A stretch of 64,000 bases of DNA, taken from NCBI GenBank assembly GCA_043228905.1, contig JBHGNT010000002.1, positions 4,836,001 through 4,900,000 on the forward strand. The letters are read 5' to 3'. The notes beneath the pieces are model-generated. The model searched no databases. It was given only the letters and a program-made list of their open reading frames with translations, and was not told the DNA's origin. Position numbers and translations under genes: made by a program. Shown here in pieces: positions 1-11,800 of this stretch (its first letter is position 1; every line of letters begins with the position of its first letter). This stretch comes from Azolla caroliniana. Its lineage: Eukaryota > Plantae > Polypodiophyta.

Positions 1-2622
1 CTCAGTGACCATTTCTTCAAGGCTTAAATCTTTCGCCACAACCCTTGACAAAACAGACACAAGAAGTTGCTCGTCCTTAATACCTTGCATCGCTCTCCAC
101 AGAGATAGCTTCATGTCATCTGCCGCTTCTTCAATTGTCAAGTCAATTTTCTTGGTGGCTTGTGACTTTAACTCTAGTTGAGGGTCAACCTTACATTTCT
201 TTTGTCGTTGATCCTTTACCTCCTTATTCTCCCACATTGAGAAGATTTGATCTTGTAGGTCCCATACTTCTCCATCTCTAAACGCCAATTAAAACCAAGA
301 CTCATATTTTCAAAGACCATCGGACTTAACATTATCATCTACAACAATGCTGACTTCATGTAGACATTGACGTCATAGGCCTCGATGTAACTTCACACCA
401 AACTTTTGTTTCACGTCCAAATAATCGTGGTGGAAGAACCGTATACACTCAATGGACGACATTTTCTGCCTATAGTCATTATCATTATTATGGTCCCATG
501 CCAACAGCTTAGCCTCTTCGGTTGTGAGCCCAACATAAATTTTGCACTCGGCATACTTGAAGAAGAAAGTCGTTGGATGTTCTCTCACAAGTTGCCGACG
601 TGCCTCCGTTGAATGCGATCCACCAATGACAAAGTAATTATATTGATCATGCTTTCTAATATCAAAATCTTCAATGGTTTCACATTCTTCAGGATCTACC
701 ATAACAATAAAAGTCACCACAGTGACATGAGGATTAATTTTCATTTTTTTCTTGAGATTTTGAATATGCATGCGGTGTGGCTCTCTAATCTCAAGTGGTC
801 GTCGACCTGTTTTTTCATCAATAGGGGGCCGATGGATGTGTATTATAGGCAGATTAAACATTTGCCCTTTCCTCACCAATTTACGTTGCATTAACTCTCT
901 CCTTAGCTTATTCTGCTCGGATGACAAAACACTCGATGCCAGCTCAGCTCCTGTTGTCCCCTTATTGTCCTCCTCTTCGTTTTCACTTGTTGAATCGGAG
1001 TCTGACATTTTGGTTGTCTTCTTCTTTGGTGGTCTTGACTGGACTTTGGATACCCTTTTTGTGGCCTTCAATGGGGAGGGCACTTCATCTCTTAGAGTTA
1101 CATGGCCTTGTATATAAGGCCTCAAGGTAACAATAAAGTTTTGTGAGCTTTCAAGATCTTTTTTGAACGCTTTTGGCCCACAAGATTCCTTTACTAAAAG
1201 ATCTTCTGAAAGGAACACTTTACGTACCCCCTTGGAGCACTCTATCATTACCAGTATGTTGGCCGAATCTGCAACTTCATAGTCAAATCGTAGAATACGG
1301 CCATACATAAATGGGGTTTCCTTTCCAAGCTGCCCCTCCCCCTTCTTCTTTGTTGTATACAATACGACTTTTTTCTTTGAGTCAACATATTGCATACACC
1401 ATTCCTTGTCCGTTAGATCACGGTCAAGAAGGTCTTCACCTCCAGTAGCGGCTACAAGTTTCTTTTGGCTAACGTCAATGTGTGGTTGAGATTTTGTCTC
1501 CTCGTTCAAGAGAAGATTTTTTCCTCTCTTCATGGACTCAGGAGCTACCTTGGTCTAGGCTTCGATTGGAGAACCCTGTATGCGAAGCTTTATTTTCTTC
1601 ACAGGTCGGTCTGACAGGTTCTCAAACGACTTATTTAAGAAAGTACATGCAAAAACATAAGTTAGGTGGTCACGTAGATTAAGGTTATATATTAAAATAT
1701 AAATAAGTAGATGAAGAACGGTTCTCACTAGCAGGCGATTAGTGGTGAAGTGAAAATCAGGCGATTAGAGTACATGGTAGTCCTATATTCAAAAATCTAT
1801 TCTAGGCAGGGTTATTCAAACTAGAAAATATATCTCGTAATAAGTAAACAGGGTTATATATTCTTTTAAAGAGGAGGTATGACTTATATTGATTCCAGAC
1901 CTATATTGAGGAGAATTTGCTATCATAAAGGTAATTTGTGGGTTATTTTCTACTCTTTTAAGCTATAGTAGGTCATAAAACACCTATAATTAGGGCATGT
2001 TTTTTTAAAAAAGTAAGGCAAGTCAACATAAAAAAGACTTATTTTGACAGACAATTTGATATCTTTTCCACACAATAATTAATTGTTGCCCTAAAAACAC
2101 AATTTTTCTCTTTCAGGGCCTTCTTTTATACAGGAACTCGATACGGCACTTTAAACGGGAACTCGATACACTGTATCGAGTTCCTGTGTTTTCTTTGCTT
2201 TTTAAACAGGAACTCAATACGCCGTACAGAGTTCCTGTTTAAAACCTAAACTTTAAACAAGAACTTGATACTATTGAGTTCCTGTGTTTTCTTTGCCTTT
2301 TAAACAGGAACTCGATACACCATATTGAGTTCCTGTGTTTTCTTTGCTTTTTAAACAAGAACTCGATACGCCGTATCGAGTTCCTGTGTTTTCTTTGCTT
2401 TTTAAACAGGAACTCGATACGCCGTATCCAGTTCCTGTATAAAACCTACACTTTAAACAGGAACTCGATACGTCGTATCGAGTTCCTGTTTAAAAAGCAA
2501 AAAAAAAAATAGGAACTCGATACGCCGTATCGAGTTCTTGAGCGACAAAACATATTTACAAAAATGTCCACAATGTCAGAGGCCTACCTGGAGTCCTCGC
2601 GCTCGATTCTCTTTGAAGACAT
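1..2622 (-). pseudogene. ParB/Sulfiredoxin-fold domain protein, transposon-borne; predicted exon 1 2622-2588, exon 2 1630-<1
   Basis: ORF 373-1533 contains FNLPIIHIHRP..LEIRE..HIQNLKKKM..TFIVMV..YFVIGGSHSTEAR..CKIYVGLTTEEAKLLAWDHN..MSSIECI, which follows the ParB N-terminal layout. The frame continues through stops to position 1 (LAFRDGEVWDLQ..WRAMQGI..LSLEEMVTE). Upstream in-frame segment 1630-1534 (SFENLSDRPVKKIKLR, one TAG) is phase-matched to exon MSSKRIEREDS with donor AG|GTAGGC at 2587; acceptor reads TAA instead of TAG. Confidence 0.7.
2131..2540. repeat. Tandem array of palindromes, consensus ACAGGAACTCGATAC-GCC-GTATCGAGTTCCTGT, period ~51 bp, 8 full copies plus 1 half
   Basis: Units start at 2131 (half), 2156, 2207, 2258, 2305, 2356, 2407, 2458 and 2510. 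The ~20-bp linkers are of two recurring types. Confidence 0.95.
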
Positions 2623-2669
2623 GGTTGATTGTGTGGCAGTGGAGGCGGAGATCGCGCTTTTGTGCTTCG

Positions 2670-2760
2670 TGCTCTGTGTGCTCTGTACGCTCTGTGTGCT
2701 CTGTACGCTCTGTGTGCTCTATGTGCTCTGTACATTCTGTACGCTCTTGTGTGCTCTTGT
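2670..2760. repeat. 9/18-bp tandem repeat (GCTCTGTGT/GCTCTGTAC)n in the predicted 5' leader of the ParB-like gene
   Basis: Directly visible, about 10 nine-mers. Confidence 0.9.
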
Positions 2761-2784
2761 GAGTGAAATATGACGAGGTCTTCC

Positions 2785-2792
2785 TATTTATA
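2785..2792 (-). promoter_or_regulatory. Putative TATA box of the ParB-like gene
   Basis: TATAAATA on the - strand ~165 bp upstream of ATG 2622 (context caaccATG). Confidence 0.5.
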
Positions 2793-3009
2793 GGGATTGA
2801 CCACATTGGTTAAAGTAACCATAGTCACCTTAACCAAGGTTGGTAAGTTTGAGGATAGTTAGTTGGTAACCACAGTCACATTAACTAGAGTAACTTATGA
2901 TTGCATTAATGATTACAAAGTCAAACTAACATATTGATCAATCTTTTATAGTCATAACAACATGCAATAACTTCAAAGGTCATGAAGGAGACAATGATAG
3001 AGGTTCATG

Positions 3010-3195
3010 AATGTACCAATGATTGATTACTAAAAGCAACAATTTTTATGACTCTCAAATGTTGTGTATTAAAGATGTGGGCATGAATTAACCAATGATT
3101 GATAAGTCTAATATTTAAAATGGTGAGCATTAAAGAACCAATGAGTGAGAGGTTCTATATCAAATATGGGTGTCATTAATTAGCCAATGATTTTA
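3010..3195 (+). repeat. Degenerate ~46-bp repeat carrying CCAATGA boxes in the divergent promoter region
   Basis: CCAATGA at 3016, 3092, 3138 and 3184, with similar flanks. Confidence 0.6.
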
Positions 3196-3475
3196 ACATT
3201 AATCCAACATATTTATGGCTTGGTAATGATTAGATTTATATTATACTTGATTTAACTTCATATAGATGTAGTTTAAATAATAATTGATATTTTAAATACA
3301 ATTATTATATTAAAAATATTTTTTTTATGTATTGTATTAATATAATATTACATAATATAGACATTCTATTGATTTGGCTTTTGTTTAGAGAGAAGTTTAT
3401 GTTTAGAGAGGAGCTTATTAGTTTTTTTCCTTACCCTAAGCACAAACTTACAAAGCCCTATCTAGACCTTAAGCC

Positions 3476-6200
3476 ATGAGTGAAGATTCATCGTTCTCGA
3501 TTGAAGAATATTGTTTGTCATCAGACTCATCGTTTTCTACTGAAGAGTATTGTTTGTCGACAAACTCACCATAATCTATTGAAGAATATTGTCTGTCGAC
3601 AGACTCACCATATTCTATCAAAGAATATTGTCTCAGCTCATCTACAGGGAATGTAAATAATCACACATGTGAAGCGTTCTCTTTTGAAGAATATGATATT
3701 AATAAAGATACAGAGAATGAAGGTAATGCCAAGGAAACATTGAATAACATTGGCGATGGTCACAACAAAGAATTAGATTGTAACAAGGTTACACCAACCT
3801 CTATGCAGGAAGAGAAATCTGGGAGCCCTATGCATATTAGAAGAATCCCACGAAGAATTCATCTGGCTAGATTTAGCTTGGTGACATCAGATAAACAGAT
3901 TGGATTTGATGTCAAAAAAATATGTTGTGCCCGTGGTTGTATGTCTATGATTGGAAAATCAAAGTTGCGAGAATTAAGGCGATACTATTTTTCGATGACC
4001 GGTGATGAGCAAGACACTTACCTCGGGTCACATATGCAACTAGTATCTAACAAATGTACGGAGATCAAACTATCATTCGAGTATTATAACTTCCATGCGC
4101 AACAGATATGTAGAGTTGCATTCAAAATTGCGTTATGTGTTAGTAACATGCGGCTACATAGAGTACAACAACGTCTACTTAGCAGGGATCAGATGCTCAA
4201 TTGTAAAGAGGCTCCAAGTATGAAAGGTGCATTTGGAAGACATGCTATTGGTTGGATGAAAACTTACTTTCAGTTAAATTGTGAAGTAATGCCCACTACA
4301 GGTAGGATGCACCTTTCTGATAATTATACACGTTGGGAAGTTTATGATGTCTATCAATCTGATATGTTGGGCTCACGTAATAAGTCTATCACCTATAGCC
4401 AATTCACAAGATTATGGAGAGCTCGGTTTTCAAATGTTATCATTCCTCGTAAAGTACGTATGGGGTATGGCTCCATTTGTGCAAATCTTAAAAGTTTGGC
4501 TAAAGGTGCAAAGACATCAATGGAAAAGGATATAAGTAAGAAGTTACTACAAGAGCATCGTGAGGCACAATCATTAGAATGAAAGAAGGCGATGCATCAT
4601 AGAGAGAAGTGTTTGAAGAGGCCCGAACAATACATGTGCTTAATGATAGATGGCATGTTCAAATGCACTTGTTCAAATGCACTTGGTGGGATGCTTGGCT
4701 TATAATAGGTTTGTTGGACCTCACGTCTTCATTACATACCCCAATGTTCACAATGACCCTAACCTAACAGTTACAGTCATTCACCGAGTTTTGATGTCTT
4801 GGGGCCAACCTTTCCCCCCTGTTCTATACATTCAATTGGACAATACTGCTAGAGAGAACAAAAATTCAACTGTGTTTGGCTATCTAAGTATGTTGGTCAA
4901 CCAAGAATTGTTTAGGAAAGTGAAAGTTAATTTTCTTTTGGTTGGCCACACACATGACCATATAGATTAGATGTTTAGCACATTCTCCAGACAGTTGTCT
5001 CGGCATGATGCTTTCACTTTACCTAAACTATTTGATGTCATTTGTGATGCATATACACCACGCCCAAAAGTGTTACACTTGAAGGAGGTATATGACTTTA
5101 AGAGATATATATCAAATGGGGGTGGTGGGAATGTTAAAGTGCTTGCTCAGTTAAACAATATAAGTTTCAATCACATTTTTATGATAAAGAAAAATGGAAT
5201 AAGTGGTTCTACACTTTTGTATGCTAAACAATATTCATCTTCTACAACATGGGAACCTGAAGGTGGTTGCTAGTTATTACTTTGTATGTCGAGTACAATT
5301 GTCCATGGAGCTAAGCAAATGCCAATTGAGAAGAAAGGACAGTTGCAGAGCAACTTGGTATCAGAACAAAAACGGTCATGGCTCCAAGCCTTAGAAGAAA
5401 AAAGAAAGCATATTGAGGCCGCCAAGAAATATATGCCGCACAACAAGACACATCATGGTGGGATGTATTTTATAGTGATCAAAAAGGAATTATAGACAAT
5501 TGTGTATCTGGTGATAATTGGAATTTGGAAACGCCATTCACATGGTCGTTGCAACATGATCGCGTAAATAGAACTCTAGAGCAACTAGCAGATGCGATTA
5601 ATGACAGCTTAGTCCATCCACAACAAAGAGACATTTATGTGGGACCAAGGATGACCAAAGCAGTTGAAGCTAGATGGCAAGGCAATTTGCAAGAGCTCAC
5701 CGCGGGGATGTTGATTGCAACGCCGGCTGATGAGAACTCACATGGCCACCAATTTTGGGTTGGTAAAATTCTAGAAGTGCTCATGCATGAAATAGAAAAC
5801 ACGATCAAGTCTATAAATGTTCATTGGTACAACACTAGAAGTGCAAATGCTTTTACAGGTAAGTATACATTGGAGATGATTGCAACAAGAAGGGGAGGTA
5901 GGAAGAGGAAGCGAAACATTCGTAAAACCTCGACCCTTGATATCTCTGATGTGGATATCATCGTGTATGACTTCACACTTACAAAAGCCGGACAATTAAG
6001 GAAGTCAGCAAATAGATATAATAAAAGAAAAATTACCAGGTCTACAAGGTGGCTCGAGTCAACAGCAAACAAGATCTGCTACATATAATCTAGAGTCAAA
6101 CCATTTGGTTTATGACGAAGATAATGCACTGATTGGTACATCCGAGGATGACAAGGAGGAATCGTCATTGTATATTAGTTATAGTAGTGATTCTCTGTAA
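3476..6200 (+). pseudogene. Sola1/DUF7869-like DDD transposase, disrupted
   Basis: ATG 3476 is in frame with ORF 3740. Cys motifs ICCARGC and ICRVAF..VS. Catalytic-like motifs CLMIDGM (~4640-4657), PVLYIQLDNTARENKN and FLLVGHTHDHID*MFS. C-terminal FWVGKILEV..VHWY beta-barrel-like domain. Stops at ~3572, 4580, 4968 and 5271, plus frameshifts. Confidence 0.8.
3488..3635 (+). repeat. 39-bp in-frame tandem repeat (13 aa, SxxSIEEYCLSxD) x4 at the transposase N-terminus
   Basis: TCTATTGAAGAATATTGTTTGTCGACAGACTCA-like unit repeated four times. Confidence 0.85.
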
Positions 6201-6629
6201 AGGAGTGATCATGAATGTATATATGGCTATTAAGTGTAACTACATTCCGCTTGTAACAAATCGAGTAATATAAAAGCATGTGTTTTGAATTCTTATGATT
6301 TCTAAAAAATCGTTTCTTATAAAATAACATTGGTTGTAAAGTTTGTGATATAAATTGAGAATGTAACTTTTTGAAATTCGTCTTTTTTTAGTTACTTCTA
6401 AATCACGAAAATAGTGGATTTTTAACCTTTTTCATAGTATGTTTGAACATGTATGATACTGGTATCAATGTGTTTTGTAAAATCATTGAAAAAGCCCTAA
6501 AATCAACCAAAATTTCCCTTATCCTTCCATTTATGCGCGATCCTTCCATTTGTGAACACGAACGTGTTTTTGGTAGATCCTCTAATGCAATGTAAGGCAC
6601 TATTGGCAAAATTTATATTGTGAGGATTA

Positions 6630-8340
6630 TTGCCAAGAAATGAGTCATGGAAGATGATTCTTCAGTCAGGAATGAAAGAGGTCTCTACAATGGTGGTTTA
6701 TTACTAATTTCTATACGCATAAGATAGTGTTCCAGAATGATAGGTTCTTTGTCATGATAAAGCAAGCTTGGTGGTTCGTAAAGGCTAATTTACAACAAGC
6801 CCAACCCATTTTGATGGATGAATGGCTATATCAACCCTTGTTTTGGAATCCTTTATTTCTAGATGATGAAATATCTATGTTGGGGAGGAGAGTCATCTCT
6901 TCTTGGCAACGTTTTGCTCACAATCCTACTCATATTATTCAATAGGAGTATAGAGGAATAAGAGGCAAGATAATAGTTGATGACTGAAGGAAGTTGCAAT
7001 TACCCTTGCAGGATAATATACCTTCTGATTGTCAAGAAAGGGGAATTGACCTTTCAAAGTTCAAACCTCCCTTCCGTCATGAAGGTGCTTTGGCATAGTG
7101 ATCTCCCTTCCTTCCCTCCAATAAATCCATTTATAAATAGAAAAATGTGGAATTTTATAGTCTAATAATAAGAATAAGTGTTCAGTAGGATAAAAACCAC
7201 GAGCAAAAAGAAAGCGCACAAAAGCCGAATTTCTATATTCTACTTGGAGTGCATGGCCATAGAGATAATTATGCTTTCTTAAGTTATGATGTTCTACAAG
7301 ATGGACATCTAGGGAGGATCCCCTTGGAAGATGAATGTATGGTTGAGGCTACATTAAAACCTATTTGAATTCTAGCTAAGGTAGATAAGATTTGGATCCT
7401 AGATCCTAATCCTAATGTTGTTCATCCATGGAGGGATCTATGGGTAGTGGGAAAAAAACCATTATGTGAATTGGAATGGGATCTAGGGGAATGGATGTGG
7501 TGACCTGTACATCATATTCTAGGGTGTATGTTCACCCGATTCCATTTTTTCAATATTTGGTTCAATTGGGCATGGAGATGATAAGGCATAAGGTACCCCA
7601 CTAGCCGAAAATAGCTAAGACATGGTTGAGTTATAAGGTTAATCCTACTTGCATGACAACATTTTGGAAATGCTATGGGCCATGCCAAAGAAGATTATTT
7701 TATTTAGTAGGTTCAATGTTCATTATGCGGTTCATGTTAGGGTTTTGATGTATTATAAGGATGTGGATAAGATGTGTGATTTCCATGAAGATGGAGTCTC
7801 TTCATCACCTATTCTGGTCATGTACGGCTACTAAATTGGTTTGGAAAAGTTTGCGTCTCTTGCATGAGGTATATGGGTCTAGAGTATATATAAATGGGGC
7901 TAATATTACGGGTGAGCTACAAGGTTATGAAAAAGAAAATGTTAACTTTGCATTGTATACAAGAGGTCATGTATCACCATGTATATGTTGAGGAAGTATC
8001 GTCATGTATGCCTATTAATTCAATACAGAATGGGGTAGTTTGGGAGACGATTAGTTCAATAGTCTTATGGGTTTTGTGGACTAGTAGATGTCGAAGGATA
8101 TTTCACGAACTTCAATGGAATATTGTGGATGTAGCCAATGAGATTTGGCTTACTTTGGTGCATACACTAAAAGGAGAGTATGATGTTATCAAGGGTGATT
8201 TAGATGTAGTCTTTCGAAAGCAAGAGGTTTTTAAGAAGAGATGGGAAGGATGAATGTCTTCTACATGGTTAATGGTTGTATACGTTGGAGGTATCAGCCA
8301 CCTCTTTGGGTATTTCCTTCACCGACATGAGGCATGTGGC
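6630..8340 (+). mobile_element. Degenerate 3' part of an L1-like LINE (ORF2 C-terminal zinc-binding zf-RVT region)
   Basis: Fragments YQPLFWNPLF, ESLHHLFWSCTATKLVW and WETISSIVLWVLWTSRCRRIF; many frameshifts. Confidence 0.7.
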
Positions 8341-8809
8341 CATGTACAATTGTTCGTGGTAATGCTTTGGGATATTTGTATGTCTATGGCATCCTATGAG
8401 TAGTTGAAAAGGTAAAAATGTGTGTTGAAGTATCATGTAAATCACATGTGTATGAGCAGATGTGGCTTCATGCATATTCTTGTATGTGTGCGTTTATGTA
8501 TACACTTTTTTTTAATGTGTTGTCGTGTTTGGATGTGTGTAGGTATAGTGTCTAAAGAACAATGTGTGTGCATTCATTTTACATGTGTTTTGATGTTGTA
8601 ACATTATGAAAGTTTTACTCCAATCGATTTTCTACTATTCAAGTCATTCAAAACAATGATGGATGCACACAATCACAGATTCATAATCATTGACACGTGA
8701 GCTCATCTTCCCATTCCCTCTTGCCGAAATTAAATTATCACTAATCAATTCAGTACATATTTAGGAATTCATGTTTGAGCCATTTCCTCATATTTTGCCT
8801 TTTGATTGT

Positions 8810-11800
8810 TGTAAAAGTTAATATGTGGAAGCTTATATAAACCAACTCAGCCGGATAACAACAATAAAATAGAAATGAAGGTTTAATGGAAGCTTAAGAA
8901 TACATAGTACACGGGAGAGACAGAGAGAGAGTAAAATAGCATAAACTCAATTCAAAATAACAACACTCTATACATACAAATGTCCTACAGAACACTTTTT
9001 ATACAAGTCCTTAAAAGGACTGACAGAAGTACTTCAATGCTCATACGAGTGACTGATACTAACTCCAAGGAATATGCCTACGGACTAGGATTGGACCGTA
9101 GGATCCAAGGCCTACCGGTTCTCACTATTCCGGAGTACAATTCGGTTCTCCATCCGGCTCTAGGTTCCGGATACCGATATATCCAAACACCGCTCCGGTT
9201 CTCTAATCTGGATACTGATCCGGCTATGGCTTATTCAACTGATCCGAATCCGGCTGAGCTTGCCCGCTCAACACTCCCCCTCAAGCTCAACTTGAGGTCG
9301 GATCGCTATGTGTGTCCACCGGTCCTTTCCTCCGGCTCCTCCTGGCGTCTTCCCACCTTCTCAATCGGCTTGTCTGCTCATAAGGCCCTTCTCAGCTCCT
9401 TTGTTGTTGTGACTTCGGCGTTTCTCGACTCGTCAGTCCCTCCGTGTCTATGTCGACTTCCGCTACCTCCTCATTTGTTTGGCCTTCTATTGATTTGGCT
9501 CCTTCGAATCGAACTCCTTTTCAGAATCAGTTGCCTCCAATTCGTTCCAGCTCTTCTCCGAATTGACTGTCTCCAATTCTTCTTCAACCTTTAGACCCTT
9601 CACCATGTCGGACCACGTCCGGGTCTTGGCCTTCTCCTTCTGGTCGGCTCTGTCCTTCTTGATTGCAGTTGTCGCTGCTTGTTCCGAGTTTATCCGATGT
9701 GCTGACTTCTTCAGTTGACTTCCTTTTTCTTCTTGTTTCCCCTTGCTTTGGTTGTTTCCTTCTCTCCGGCTGCTTGTCCAGTGCCATTACCTACCTTTCC
9801 AGTTTCAGTTCCGATTCTCCCCGTACCAGTACCGGTTCTCCCCTCAAGTGTGGCATGTCGAGATACTGAAGACCAAGCATATTTGAGAAATGTTGCAACT
9901 TGTCGGTCCCGATGGCCTTCATCGGAAACTTGTTGATCCGTCCAAACATACCAGAGTTCTACTTCACCGTTGAGGACCCGCTCATGCATAAAGTGATAAT
10001 GCACTTCTATGTGCTTCATCCGAGCATGGAACATAGGGTTCTTGGCTAGCTGCATGTTGCTCATGTTGTCATAGTACATCGGGATCAGAGTCGGTACTTC
10101 GATCCGGAGGTCTTGGAGCAGCCGTCGAAGCCAAGTGGCTTCACAATTGGCAATGGCAGCACCCCGATATTCAGCCTCAGCGCTCAAAAGAGCCACTGTT
10201 GGCTGCTTTTTGTTATTCCACGCAACAATTGCGCTACCCAGAGAAAACGCAAATCCGGAAGTTGACCGTCGATTTGACACATAACCGGCCCAATCGGCAT
10301 CTATATATCTAACTAGCTGCTTGGTTATACCATGTCAGTATAATAGTCCTCGGTCCTTAGTGCCACTAACATACCTCAATATTCGGTGCGTGCACTGAAG
10401 GTGCTCCAGGTTGGCTTCTGCATGAATTGATTGATCGCTCCGACCGGATAGCTAATGTCGGGTTGGGTTATCGTTAAATAAATAAGGCTTCCGACAATTT
10501 GTCGGAACCATCTCTCGTTGCAGGCCGGTCCGGAGTCGGGACAAAGCTTCAAGTTTCAGTCCAGGGGTGTGGAGATTGGTCGGCAATCCGTCATGTTGAA
10601 CTTGTACAGCATATTCAGTACATAATGTCGTTGTGAGAGCAATATGCCGTCGGGGGTATGGATCACTTCGATCCCAAGAAAGTAATGAAGGTCCCCCAAG
10701 TCCTTCATTTTGAATGCATCTGACAGTTGGGACTTCACTCGGCCAATTTCAGCGAGTCCAGGTCCGGTGATGACTAGATCATCCACGTATAACAAGATAC
10801 ATACCTGACCTTTCGTACCTTTCCGGATGAACAACGAAGAGTCCAATTTTGAGGCCGCAAACCCCATCTTACAAAACCAGTGCGTTATCTTCAAATTCTA
10901 AGCACGGGGGGCTTGCTTCAGGCTGTAAAGGGACTTTTTGAGTCGGCACACTGCCGATTTGTTCATCTCCGACTAAAATATGGGGTGCTAGATCATGTAG
11001 ACATGTTCTTCAAGATCACCTTGAAGAAACGCATTCTTCACGTCCATATGGTGAAGTTGCCATCCCCTTTCCACAGCAACCGCCAGCACCACACGAACCG
11101 TCGTCATCTTCGCTACCGGAGCGAAGGTTTCGTCATAGTCGATTCTGTGGGTCTATGCATATCCTTTGGCCATTAACCGGGCTTTGTACTAGTTGACCGA
11201 ACCGTCAATGTTATACTTTGCCTTGTACACCCACCTGCAACCGATCGGTTTGCAATGTCAGGGAGGGTCAACCAAGTCCCATGTGTCGTTGGCATCAAGT
11301 GCCCGCATCTCTTCCTCCATAGTTGTACGTCATTGTGCGTCTTTTGCCGCTTCTGCGTAGTTCTCCGGCTCACGCACTTCTACCACCTTCGTCATGTACA
11401 CATAGTGATGCGTCATGTACTCGTTATACCCATACCATTTGACGGGGTTCTTCTGGCGGATCGATCGGCGTAACTTCTCGTTAGTCGATTTCAAGGCCCT
11501 CTTGGCTGGCTCAAACTTCATCTCTGAAAGTCCGTCTTCATTCTATCCGAAGTCGGATTCGCTCCGATCTGACTCGTCTATGCCAGTGTCGTACTTTGGC
11601 ATCTTCTTTTTTCCCTTCTCTTTGCGCATGAACCGTCTCTTCGGTTCCTTCCGTGGGGATAGCACGGTTGAGTCTCCATTACTCATCGGTTCTTCATCTA
11701 ACTTGTCGTTCCGATTCAGTCGCTCGTTCAGCCCGCTCAGCCGAAATGAAATTGGACTCTTATCAAGAGTACCAAAGTCTTCTTCTTCTTCAGCCCGAAT

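Larger units (their letters stand above)
1..6610. mobile_element. Decayed two-gene DNA transposon (Sola1/DUF7869-like transposase plus divergent ParB/Srx-fold gene); left end outside window, right end approximate
   Basis: Divergent pseudogenes share an intergenic region with repeat arrays and show the same C>T-type nonsense decay. LINE-derived sequence begins ~6630. TIR/TSD cannot be checked because the left end is missing. Confidence 0.65.

Noticed and set aside
373-1533. Bacterial contamination or a true parAB operon
   Set aside because: No ParA. The gene has a predicted spliceosomal intron and an NLS-like motif, and is contiguous with plant TEs.
2131-2540. CRISPR array
   Set aside because: The palindromic repeat-spacer look is superficial. 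Spacers are ~20 bp, reused (two types), there are no cas genes, and the context is eukaryotic.
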